From NCBI RefSeq assembly GCF_963921235.1, contig NC_086108.1:67024001-67088000 (forward strand): a stretch of DNA of 64,000 nucleotides. The letters are read 5' to 3'. Made by a program: the position numbers and the translations under genes. Numbering within the stretch: the first letter of the stretch is position 1; every line of letters begins with the position of its first letter. Under the pieces are notes generated by a model. It was not told the DNA's origin. It did not search any database and saw nothing but the letters and a program-made list of their open reading frames with translations. Below, in pieces: positions 13,810 through 25,139 of the stretch. This DNA is from Mobula hypostoma (taxonomy: Eukaryota).

Positions 13810-14112
13810 CCGACGGTAGCATAGAAGTTAGTGTGACATGATCACAGCTCGGGACATTGGAATTCGGAGTTCAGTTCCAGTGCTGTCTGTAAGGAGTCCC
13901 TGTACTTCCTCCCTGTGGAATGAGTGAGTTTTCCCTGTATGCTCCGGTTTCCTCCCACGATCCAAAGAGGTATCTTGTAGGTTATTGTTCAGGTAAATTG
14001 TCCTGTGATTAGGTTAGGGTTAATTGTGGTTCTTGCCGATTGCTGGGGAAGTGTGGCTCAAAGGGCCGTAAGGGGCTATTCTGTGCAGTATCACTAAATA
14101 AAAAATAAATAA
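13810..14112 (+). mobile_element. tRNA-derived SINE (V-SINE/HE1-like)
   Basis: A-box-like (ggtagcatagaagtt) and B-box-like (ggagttcagttcc) head, V-domain-like gctccggtttcctcccac..tccaaaga, and an (AATA)n tail. Confidence 0.7.
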
Positions 14113-14299
14113 GTTACTGATTTAAGTATTATCCTTCAATAGGTGTAACATTTGATCTACATTTCACAGCAACAAGTAAAAAATATATATTTTTTGTCCA
14201 GAAGAATAAAGCACATTACTTCAGGATTCCCTTCCATTCCTATCTAAACTTCAAAAGTGATTGCTCCCCTTCCCGGTTCGTTCCACACACATTTGCTCC

Positions 14300-14735
14300 A
14301 CAGATTTGGTCTTTGGTCACCAAATTCTTACAGATGTTCAGTGGAGAGCATTCAGTCTGTTTGGGAGGCTCCAATGCTCAGGATCTAAGGAGGGTGCAGA
14401 GGTTTGTAGACTTAGCCAGCTCTGTCAGGGCCACAACCCTCCCCATCATCAAGGACATATCCAAGATGTGGTACATCCATCACTCAGGACCTTCCCCGTC
14501 CAGCAAATGCCCTCTTCTCAATACTACCATTGGGGTGGAGAAACCAGAAGACCCACCTCTACATTTTAGAACAACATTTTCCCCTTTGCCATCTGATTTC
14601 TGAACAGTCCATGAAGAAAATCATATTATTCCTCTTTTGCACTATGAATTTATCTTTTGTAACTTACAGTAGTTTTATGTCTGGCTCTGTACCGTTTCAA
14701 GACACAAAGTTCACCACGTGTCATTGATATTGATT
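14300..14735 (+). mobile_element. Rex1-like LINE 3' remnant
   Basis: Similar to the 3' halves of 11598-12456 and 43105-44705. Confidence 0.55.
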
Positions 14736-15237
14736 GTCACTTCGCTAATGAGGTGGGTGTGGACTGACGGGGCAGGATCCCGAAGACACAAGAGATGAGG
14801 TATGTTGGAATCGGGAGGAACAGAAAAAGTGCTGGAGGAACTAAGCAGGATGGCAGTATCTATGGAGGAAAATGGACAGTCAACGTTTTGGTGAGAGATC
14901 TTGCAACATTAATTGGAAATACAGAATCCCAATTTACTTATAGCTGAATTATGGTAGTTATGGTGACATGGCTGAGCTGAATCTTGCTCTTTCCCAATCC
15001 CTGACAGTAACCCCATAACCTGGTACAATTTGGCGTCAATTTGCACATTTCCTCAGCTCTGTTGCCACAAAGTAATTTGAAATATGCCGTGTTAAAGATT
15101 TTACAACAAATCCAAAAACAACTAAAATAGCAAAATAAAAACTCTTTTGGCTCCCCCCATCAATCTACCAGCAAATCTCAGACACGCACTTTGTGGATTG
15201 CAGTCTGAGGAATGTTTGGTCTTTACTCACTGGGGGA

Positions 15238-15670
15238 TAAAAGAAAGACTTGCATTTCCATGTTCCATTTCACAGCCTCGTCGTCGCAGGGTGCTTTACT
15301 ATCCATGAAGTGCTTTTGAAGTGTAATCACAGTTACATTTTAGGAAATTTCTGCATGGCACAATACTACAAACAAGATGTGATTATGGCCATCTTAACCT
15401 ATGTTTGTTATGCTGATTGATAGAGACAAATTAACTAACAACACCTCCCCAACATTTCTTTGCAACGGTGCCATGAGGATCTTTCGCATTCAGCCGAGAC
15501 ATCAGATGAAGTCTCGGTTCATGCTCTGATGCAAACGACGGAGCCTCCGATAAAGCAAAGCCACCTCAGCGCTGCGTTTGAGTGCAAAAGGAGATTTCAG
15601 TGCCCATCTACTCGGAGAGAGAATCGAGCCGTAACCCCTTGATTTGGGCGGCGAGACTGATGACGCACCC
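15238..15670 (-). mobile_element. Ancient Deu-domain SINE (SacSINE1/AmnSINE1-like), decayed
   Basis: aagaaagacttgcattt tail, gtgccatgaggatcttt and ctcggttcatgctctgatgcaaacgacggagcctcc resemble, from memory, the reverse complement of the Deu-SINE consensus. A tRNA-like head lies near 15620-15670. Confidence 0.55.
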
Positions 15671-16364
15671 CACAACAATTCTGAAACACAAAAAAGTTAC
15701 AACCACTGCAAAGTAATTATAAGGTGTTGAAAGGAAGTGTTTGCTGATCTGAAACCCTTCCTTCAGATTAGATCATTAATCTTCACACCGGAACCCAGAA
15801 GTCATTTTATAGAGCCTTGCAAAATTTTTACTCAGGTGTCCATTCACATAATTTACTGCAATGTCCCGAAATTCAAGGCACGGCGGTTTAATAGGATTTT
15901 TTTCTGCTTCTCGATCGACTCGGAAAGTTAAGTTACAATTACATAAGAGTCTGTCGAATTTAGGGGGACGCATCTGATTTATAAAAATAAAGCTATGGCA
16001 CTAGAAAGGAGACAAGTTTCCTCTCCAACTAGCAGATGCTCCAGAAAACAATGAATCGACGTGAAGTGATAGGATTGTTTTGAAAATGGGAACGGGCACT
16101 CTTGCCCAGGCTGCCGAGTGGGAGAGAGATGGGGCAACAGGCACGCGTCCATCCGACACGGCCACAGCTCGCAGGGGAGAGGACACCCCATCTCGACAGA
16201 GGGACAGCAGTCCCACGACCCCGATCCACACCAGTCCTGCAGCGGCGCAGAACGCGAGCCGCGGTGACAGCGCGTCTGGATGCGAGCGCCGCATTCACCT
16301 GCCGCCTGCGGGCTGCACTCGCATCCTAACGCGTGTCTTTTGCAGACCGCTCCTCCGCTCTTAC

Positions 16365-16925
16365 CTGGGAGAAATTGAGCCCATTGAGCGGATGGCACTG
16401 CTCCTCTACCCGCTCCACCGCCCCCGTCCTCTTCTTTAACCTTTCGGCCTCCTGGGCCAGGTAGAGGTCAAGCACCGGGACCCCTCTGGACCTGATGTCC
16501 GCCTCGGTCAGCGAGTTCACCATCAGCATTACCCACACCGGCCGCTTCCTCTCCCAGTTGCCGGCGATGGCGTTGAACAGGTAATCCGCGTATAAGCCCT
16601 TGCCCCTCTGGTCCGGGGTCATCCACAGAGGCATCATCACCTTCACGTATTCCAGGTGGCGCTTAAGCCTCCTGTATAGATCCCGGGGCAGGACGTCCTG
16701 AAGGTTCTCGCCGTGAGGCAACATCTGACAGCTAGTGAGGGCCGAGATGGTGTAGGGGTCGGTGAGGTCCAGCTCGAAGTACACGCTGTTGCTGTGCTGG
16801 AAGGCCCGTTTGCAGTTGTCAGCCACGAAATCCCAAACCCTGGTGTAGGGCACGTGAATGGTCCCAAATAAATAAGCGGGGGGCTCCCGTCTGACCGTCC
16901 AGAGGAACGAATTCATTTCCCTTTG
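16365..16925 (-). CDS. TRABD2: TRABD2/Tiki metalloprotease, coding exon 2 (187 codons, phase 0/0); paralog A vs B unresolved
   Basis: Translation [33 protein letters not shown]...[22 protein letters not shown]...[20 protein letters not shown]...[15 protein letters not shown] matches the vertebrate TRABD2A/B TraB domain (GTIH and FELD motifs). Acceptor is tttttaaccAG at 16927-16926 and donor is CAG|GTAAGA at 16364. Confidence 0.96.
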
Positions 16926-17347
16926 CTGGTTAAAAATAATGAAAATATTCTGTCAATACACATATTTACCAATGCAACGAAAAATAGACATAAATACAGG
17001 GATGGTTTGTTTAAAATAAGAGATCTTTCATCTCCTGATAGCCGCGGAAGGTAGAGGTGCTTTTCCCCCCTCTAAAGCGGGGAGCTTTGCAAAAACATTA
17101 AAGCATTCGTCCGGAAAGGTGAGCTGCGCATACTGAATGGAATCCGACCAGCAAAGTCAAAATCGATTGGCGTTTCTTTAAACCGAATCGAACTGCTCGC
17201 GGCTGGTGAGTCTCGGCATTTAGCAGAACTTCAGTCAGAATTTCTCCGCAGCCTGGGGAGCTGATCCCGCAAGCACGACTGCGAAGCGGACACTCACAGA
17301 GCTAAAGTTGTAGAAGTGACATTAAGCGACAAAACAAAGTTACTCAC

Positions 17348-17458
17348 CGACTTGGGAAGTTCACAGTGTCCCGTGTCTCGGAGATTATTCTCCTTGGAGC
17401 TAACACTTTGCACAACTATACTCACAACAACCCACAGCAGCCCGGCGTTAGCCTGCAT
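17348..17458 (-). CDS. TRABD2: TRABD2/Tiki coding exon 1 (signal peptide)
   Basis: MQANAGLLWVVVSIVVQSVSSKENNLRDTGHCELPKS is a hydrophobic signal-peptide-like stretch followed by CEL, as in the TRABD2A N-terminus. Donor TCG|GTGAGT at 17347 is phase 0 and joins exon 2 in frame across a 422-bp intron. In-frame upstream ATGs exist at 17470 and 17554, so the start is not certain. Confidence 0.85.
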
Positions 17459-18517
17459 CGTGCCTTCCATCGAACTTGTTGCCTGATATTTATGTATTAG
17501 TGTGGCGCGAGTAAAAGCCTGCTGAAAATGCGGCGAGGAAGATCGCGGGATCATAAAGCCCCTTGATCTTGGATGTTGCGATCACTGTATACAAGCTGAA
17601 CGCCACAAGCCGCCATGCTGCCCCAGGAGCACAGCCGATCGTCCCCCAGAAAGTTTTCTTTTATTGAGTGAGGTGATCGTGATGGGAGAGTGAAGGTTTT
17701 TTAAAAGCATCTCCCCCCTTGGCCCTCCCCGCGGTCGCACATGAGGCAGATGCTGGGCTCAGATACTAAGCTTGCTGACTCTTATTTGCACAAGCCGGGG
17801 AAGGCGGGTACTGCTCGACATGTCAGTATGTCACTTCAGGGGCGAACTCTCGCAACTTTTAACTGCACCGGAGGGCGAAAGGAAACTTTTTTTTTTCCCT
17901 TTTCCAGCCGTCCTTCCTGGTGCAGCCCGAAGGTGGCGCCACACACGCGGAAGATCAAAAGCCCGGAGCCGTTCGAGGTGACAACAACCAAACCTGAGAG
18001 CGCCTGCCTCGACGCCCCGTGTGCTGAGCTCGAATTTTTCTTACATACAAAAAAGATAGAGCCACCCGATTTCTACTGAGACCTTTTCATTGTCCAAATA
18101 GGTCGGAGGAGAAAGGGATAGCGATTGAACTGAAATAAATGTTCCGCACTGTATGGTCAATGGTATGAATAAATAATATTTTGGAGGTAAAAGGCTCTAG
18201 CAGGAAAGTAAACTGCAGGGACCTTCTCCTGAACCGCTGAAGTAGCTTACACTGGTAATGTAATTCAGTGATTTCTATAACTATTAAACTTGAACAATTG
18301 AAATAGACATTGAGACCAACCCTGCTTATTGCTGTTTACTCTTCTTGCCAGAAGTGGATATAATCCTTAATCCATCCTGATTGGAGATCCTATTATCACC
18401 TTTCCTTCAATCCTGTATCTAATCTATTCTTAAAATATTGACATGCTCTTTCTTTTGTAAATGCTGATGCAGTGTGTTTCACAGCCTCCCGGGCAGAAGT
18501 GTTGCTCCTGTACTCAG

Positions 18518-18960
18518 TCATAGAACCATACCGCATGTGTTTGAGCCCATTGCCCTAAATGGACCATGCCCAAACAGGGTACTTTGTACCACATCCTTCT
18601 AAACCCTTCCTATTCACGTACCTGCCAAATGTCTTTTAAAAGTTGTTTTTGTATCTGTCTCTGGCAGCTCATTGCATATATTTACCACTTTCTGTGAAAG
18701 TTTTTCCCTCTATTAAACTTGCCCCTCTCACCTTAAACCTATGCCATGTGATTCTCCAACCCTTCTGAAAAGATGGACTACACTCACTCTTATCTATGCT
18801 GCTTATGATTTTAGGCACTTCTGTAAGATGGTGGCTCAGTCTTCCATGCTCCAGGGAGGTTATCCTATCCTGCCTAATCTCTCCCTCCAACTCAATCCCT
18901 CAAATCCTGGCAAAGGTCTTGTAAATACTTTCTGTACTCTTTCCAGACTAATAACATGAT
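18518..18960 (-). mobile_element. CR1 LINE 3' fragment
   Basis: Minus-strand ISLERVQKVFTRPLPGFEGLS and a CR1 3' end. Confidence 0.7.
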
Positions 18961-19121
18961 TCCTATTCAAGGGGGTCCAGGGGATGTTCACAAGAATGAT
19001 CCCGCGAATTAAAGGTATATTGTATGAGGTGTGTTTGAATACTCTTGGCATGTTTTCTATGGAGCTTAGAAATATGAGTGGAGATCTCATTGAAGCCTAT
19101 CGATTACTGAAAAGCCTAGAT

Positions 19122-21024
19122 CAGTGGTTCACAAAGTGGGTGATATCACACCCCCCACCAGGGGCAGTGGCAGTTTCTATGGGGCACTGTAGATAAGAGG
19201 GGCAGTAGGGGGCACTTAGTAGCAAGGGGGACAGCTGAGGGATTACAGGTTTAATCTAAGAAATTAATTACTTATTATATGATCCTCAGTGCTTCATAAT
19301 TAAGTACAATGATCATGTAAATTACCTCATCTCTTGATGATCCACTGTTCTCTTCAACTTTGCTCAAAGCATGATATAGTTGTTGAAAAGTAATGTGACA
19401 CTTTAGTATTTGGCATATCATGAGAAATCTGGACTGAAGAAATCATATTATTTTTGGGCCTGGTCTGCACATTATTGCCATTCACTACCGTAGTGCAGTA
19501 CAATTCCCATACTCTAATAACACAGTGACACAGTTCCCGTGAATTAAGGTATGGCATTCAATGGGGTAAATGTTCAGAATCTGCCCTTTACAATGGTCTT
19601 GACTGCATTTCTCAAGCCCATGATCCAAGCGAGATATTGCTGACCCACTTTATGTTCCTTCAGGCAAAGAGTCAGGTTTTGCCTGAGATATGATAATATT
19701 ATAACTTTCCACTATTGATTGCAGTGCTTGAGGTCGCACTTAAACAATAAGCAAATGACCATGGGCGTTAATCCATAATGAAAACGGCAGAAGAAATCCA
19801 CACAAAAAAGAGGTGTAGATAATACAGTGTGGAGTATCTGAAATATGGATTTATACCAGCAACCAACTGCAGCTCGCTGCACCATAATTAGGACAACAAA
19901 ATTTGCCCTGCAGTTGGAGGAGTTAACTTTGTCAGGAAACAAATCTTTGCTTGATTATGTTTGCTTCATAAAAGATGAAAGTATGGTTCAAGTGTTGTTA
20001 TTTGTAAGGGGTCTAGAAACAGATGATGACAATTTTTTAGGTTGCTGAGCAATTTTTCCAAAGCTAATGACATTCTGCTCATCAATATTCCTGCTTGTGC
20101 AACAGATGGGGCAGCATCAATGACAGAACACCACAGTGGGGTTATTACTTTCCTGAAAAAATCTGTACCGAACATATGTACCATTCATTGTCTAATTCAC
20201 AGACAACATCATGCCATTAAAAAACCCAAGTGATCAGATGAACAAATCATTAAATACTGCTAGCTGTTGAGAACTTTTCCAATTTACGAGCCTTTCTAAG
20301 TTGGAAGGGAAAGAAAGAATACTCGATGATGAATTTCAGGTACTGTGCCCGTCTGGGAAAACTGCATAAAAATATGTCAGAGAGATTTCAGGATCTTCTC
20401 TCAATCCGAAATCCAAATTGGATAATAAGTGCATTCCTGAACTCTTGTAATGAGGAATTAATCAGAAGGATAGGGGATGAACTGATCTCACTACAAAATG
20501 ACTTTGAGCTGAAGCAGATACTCGGCACTGTGGAAAAAAGATCAAAGTGTTCTTTATTTCCTTTCCAATATCATATTTGGTGGAGCACAGTTTGAGTGTA
20601 ATCGCCCAACTTTTTTTTTTAGATTTTTTTTTAGATTGAACTTCTTTCACAGCAATGAAGCAGACTGCAAATTACTGAACATGGGGATCTGATACTCCTG
20701 AGTGACATTCAGCCTGATATTGAGAAGCTGATATCACTGCAGCAAGCCCACCCATCTCATTGAAATGTGAGAAAGCAATGAAGTAGTGAATAGCTGGACT
20801 ACTAATGTATATACTAAAATTGTTGATGAAATTGTTTCTGCTGTAATTAATGTTTTTCGTAGCTTTAAATAGATTTGAATATTTTTTGCAGTTATTTGTC
20901 ACTATTTTGAATTAAATCAAAACTCTTTATAGTTTTTACAGAGCAGCCAGAAATGGAGAGAGGCTGCTGGGGATGAAGTCTGGAAGCCAAAGGGGCAGTA
21001 ACCCAAAATTTTTTCGAACCACTG
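19122..21024 (+). mobile_element. hAT DNA transposon (Charlie/Buster-like), decayed, inserted into a plus-strand CR1 (about 18970-19121 and 21030-21355)
   Basis: Terminal inverted repeats CAGTGGTTC...GAACCACTG; CTAG-centred flanks (gcctagat / ttctagtg); transposase remnants ACATDGAASM..HCLIHRQH and PFPISYLVE. The host CR1 sequence continues across the insertion. Confidence 0.85.
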
Positions 21025-21549
21025 TTCTAGTGGATGTGAAGAGAATGTTTCCAGTAGTGGTGGTACCTAGGACCAGAGAACACAGCCTCAGAATAAAAGG
21101 GCCACCTTTAGAACAGAGACGAGGAGGAATTTCTTTACCAGAGGGTGGTGAATTATGTGGAATTCATTGGCACAAGTGGCTGTGGAGGCGAAGTCATTGA
21201 GTATATTTATAGTGGATGTTGATAGGTTCTTGATTAGTAGGGACATCAAAGGTTACAGGGAGAAGGCAGGAGAATGGTGTTGAAATGGATAATAAATAGA
21301 ATGCTGGAGCAGTCTTGATTGGCCAAACGCCCTGATTCTGCTCCTTTTTGTATGGTTTACAGCTGGGTGACAAAAACTGAATGCAATGCTGGAAATGTGG
21401 CTTCACCAGTGTCTAGTACAATTGCAACATAACCTCTAAACTTCTGTACTCAGTGCCCTGACTGATTAATTCTAGTGTGACAAAGCCTTCTTGACCACCC
21501 AATCTACCGTGACTCAACTTTCAGAGAACCACATACTTGAACCCAAAGA

Positions 21550-22909
21550 CCTATAGAAAAGTATTCACCCTCCTTGGAAGTATTCATGTTTTACTGTTTT
21601 ACAACATTGAATCACAATGGATTTAATTTGGCTTTTTTGACACTGATCAACAGAAAAGACTCTTTCATGTGAAAGTGAACACAAATTTCTACAAATTGGT
21701 CTAAATTTATTACAGTTATTAAACACAAAACAATTGATTGTATAATTACTCACCCCTTCAAGTCAGTATTTAGTAGATGCATCTTTGGTAGCTATTGCAA
21801 CCTTGAGTGTTTGTGGATAGGTCTCTGTCAGCTTTGCACTTCTGGACACTGTAATCTTACATCATTCTTCTTTACAAAACTACTCAAGCTTTATCAGATT
21901 GCATGGGGATCAAGAGTGAACGGCCCTTTTCAAGTCCACATCAAATTTTCAATTGGACTGAGGTCTGGACTCTGACTTGGCCACTCCAGGACATTAACTT
22001 TGTTGTTTCTGAGCCATTCCAGTGTAGCTTTGGCTTTATGCTTGGAGTTTTATGCTAGGGTTACACCAAACCTAGCGTTTAGTCCGTTGGTCAAAAAGCT
22101 CAACTTTGGTTTCATCAGACCATAGAACCTTCTTCTAGCTGACTTCAAAATTTCCCACATGCCTTCTGGCAAACTCTAGCTGAGTTTCTTTTCAACATTG
22201 GCTTTCTCTGCCACTCTCCCATACTGCAACTGATGAAGCACTTAGGCAACAGTTGTATGCACAGTCTTTCCCATCTCAGCCACTGAAGCTTGTAACTTCT
22301 CCAGAGCTGTCATAAGTCTCTTGCTAGCCTCCTTTACTAGTCCCCTTCTTGCACAGTCACTTAGTTTTTGAGGACAGCCTGCTCTAGGCAGATTTACAGC
22401 TGTGCCATATTCTTTCCATTTCTTGATGATTGATTTAACTGTACTCCAAGGTATATTCAGTGACTTGGAAATTTTCTTGTATCCATCTCCTGACTTGTGC
22501 TTTTCAATAACCTTTTTGCTGAGTTGCTTGGAGGGTCCTTTTGTCTCCATAGTGTAGTTTTTGCCAGTATATTTTTACTATCATCAATTGAACACCTTGA
22601 ATGCTACAGGTGATCTCCATTTAACTAACTATGTGACTTCTAAAACCAATTGGCTGCACCAGTGATGATTTGATGTGTTATATTAAAGGGGGTGAATATT
22701 TATGCAATCAATTATTTTGTGTTTTATATTTGTAATTAATTTATAGAGATTTGTAGAGATTTGTAGAAATCTGTTTTCACTTTGACATGAAGCGTCCTTT
22801 TCTGTTGATCAGTGTCAAAAAAGCCAAATTAAATCCAGTGTGATTCAATGTTGTAAAACAATGAGACATGAAAATCTCCACGGGGCTTGAATACTTTTTA
22901 TAGACACTG
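21550..22909 (-). mobile_element. Tc1/mariner transposon (IR/DR type, Passport/Sleeping-Beauty-like), internally deleted
   Basis: About 200-bp terminal inverted repeats; the right end is ...ACACTG|TA. Paired-like DNA-binding ORF 22242-22550 (GDGYKKISKSLNIPWSTVKSIIKKW), then VLWSDETKVELF and [14 protein letters not shown] remnants; the middle of the DDE domain is missing. Confidence 0.92.
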
Positions 22910-23819
22910 TATGTCTTCTGGTCTCATGGCCTATAGCAACATGACTAAAACTAAACACAATACTCCAAATGTGGCTCCACCAGTGTATTGTACAATCGTA
23001 ACATAACCTCTGAACATCTGTGTCTGTGTCCTGATTAATGCTAGTGTGCTAAAGCATTCTTGACTACCCAGTCTACCTGTGACTCAACTTTCAGGGAACC
23101 ATGTACCTGAACTCCAAATTCCTTCTATTCTACAATGTTCCCCAGGTCCTACCATTTACTGTGAATGCCCTACCATTATGCAAAAACTCACACTTAGCTA
23201 AATTAAACTTACAAAAGTTCTCACACCCATATCCCTGTTTTCAAGACCTATAATGGAAATATTGTTTTTGTCTTAACAGTTTATATTTTGTAATTACCCT
23301 TCAATCTCTATGGTTCTTAAAATTGTACTTCACTGCTTCATTCTCTGAATAGATGTATTTGAGTTTTTGCCTTAAAGTTGTTTTCTTCTTTTGTAGTGTC
23401 CACTTGGGGCCAAAATTGCTCTCATTTCAGTTTTGGGATTTCTTAGGGATTGCAGAGTTCTTTGTGGGATCCACAGACTCTACACCTCCCCCACCCTCCA
23501 CACCTCTGTGGGGCAGGAGGCAGGAGATGTGGATGGTGTTTGCTGGGCAGGTCATTTCTGATGTTGTTCCATTATCTTCTCTGGGTCTTCACATGCTCCC
23601 TCATGGAGATTCAAGAGATACAGAGCACTGACAGAATGTCCTTTCCTGTATTGACTGTTCCCAGGTCAGGAATTCCACAAGTTTTCAGAGATGTTCCAAA
23701 AAGATTATGAGAGCATCTGTCTTCATAGAAATATCTTCTCATGATGGAACTTGGAATAGAAAGCTTATTTCTCAAGGCTGACATTGTGGCCCACCTGCCA
23801 GAGCTGGTTAATTGTGATC

Positions 23820-24430
23820 AATGTTCAAAGAACACTTTATTATCAAAGTGTGTATAAATTATACAACCTCGAGATTTTTCCGCTGAGCAGGCAGCCACAA
23901 ACAAGAAACACAAAAGAATCCAAATTAAAAAAAGACCGACACCCAATGCACAAAGAGAGAAAAAAACAAATCATGCAAACATCATAAGCATTCAAAATGA
24001 AATTGAGTCTATAAACCCAAAGCTGGGAGCAGCCAGAGTGGCCGTAGTCTCAGTCCATCACACAGAGCAAATCACCGAGGAGTTTGCAGACACTAAGCTC
24101 ACAGTAGCCGGGGCACGACACAGCTCAGCGCTGAGGAGCATGGAGTAAAACATCATGGAGCAGAACCAACTCAACCCTCGCCTCCGGTCCCGACACCTTG
24201 CCTTCTGGCCTGGTTTATAAATCGTCCAAGCACTGGGTTGTCCCCCGAACTTGGGCCTGGGCCCGGGTCCCGCCACATCGATATGCTCTGGGCCGCTTCC
24301 AGCCCATACTTGGCCTTTCCAAATAGGCACAGCGATTAGGTGGATCGAATCGTGCTCCTGATTTAGGTGGGCGGCCTCCGAAACAGCTCCACTTCAGCTT
24401 CTCTCCACTCCGCTCATGCCAACTACACCT
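23820..24430 (-). mobile_element. Probable non-autonomous non-LTR retroelement with Rex1-type 3' end
   Basis: GC/CpG-rich body; the minus-strand 3' end tttgataataaagtgttctttgaac resembles the tails of the Rex1-like copies. No coding similarity recognised. Confidence 0.45.
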
Positions 24431-25139
24431 CGTATCAAAGCTGTGATGCTGAAAGTGTCAACTTGGGCAGAATTTTTTTCTCCCCAGTGATTTGCAGAAA
24501 TTGTTAATAAGTTGCTGAAAACTGAATGCAGGCTCTACATCTACAAACATCCACACCAACATGAGTTATGTAATAAGAAAATAATTTATTCATATCACTA
24601 AAACACTTTTAATAACCATCAGCAATTAGGTAAGTGTAAACGACACTGTCAGTAATTCATCTCATCCAAAAATGTAGAATTAAAGTACAACTCTATTAAT
24701 GGTGAGACACTCAGAAAAAAAACTATAAACGCGTCCAGAAAAAAAGATAGCCAAATGAAACAAAGCATTATTCCTGAATACTCAGGTGATTTCTTCAGTA
24801 GTTCTAATATGTTGTTAGTATGAAAAGTGTGTTGTTTCCATATTTAACAGTGGGATTTTACCTCTTGTCCAGTTCACAGAGTTTGTTTGACCATAATAAC
24901 CACTGTTATCCTGCTGGGAGAGTCTGGTTCCACTGTTGGTCATTCAGTTGTTGGGAAATAATCACCAGCATCAGTTTCTCTTCCTCTGGCTGGAAGGTTA
25001 CTTAAATATCCACTAAAATTCATCTTCCTCTTTTTTTTATTTGCACTCAGCCACCATCATCTAATATTGGTTCCTATGTGTACTGATGACACTCTCCCTC
25101 TCATCACCTCCCTCATTCCTTCAAAGACTCCAAATTGTA

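Larger units (their letters stand above)
15950..18060. promoter_or_regulatory. CpG island spanning the TRABD2 promoter, exon 1 and exon 2
   Basis: Visibly high GC and CpG density relative to CpG-depleted, AT-rich flanks; it coincides with the gene 5' end. Limits judged by eye. Confidence 0.8.

Noticed and set aside
16326..16364. C-terminal [12 protein letters not shown] of the 196-aa ORF
   Set aside because: It lies after the GTAAGA donor, so it is intronic read-through and not TRABD2 coding sequence.
1..16364. TRABD2 exon 3 (expected to begin V[IL]FALNQTL)
   Set aside because: Not seen in the ORF track or by eye. It is probably beyond the window, although a short exon could have been missed.
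15979..16439. Several overlapping ORFs on both strands near exon 2
   Set aside because: Expected by chance in GC-rich CpG-island sequence; no recognisable protein similarity.
17555..17962. TCF/LEF-like sites (cccttgatc, agatcaaaag) suggesting Wnt feedback on Tiki
   Set aside because: Both deviate from the CTTTGAT consensus; too weak to support without conservation data.
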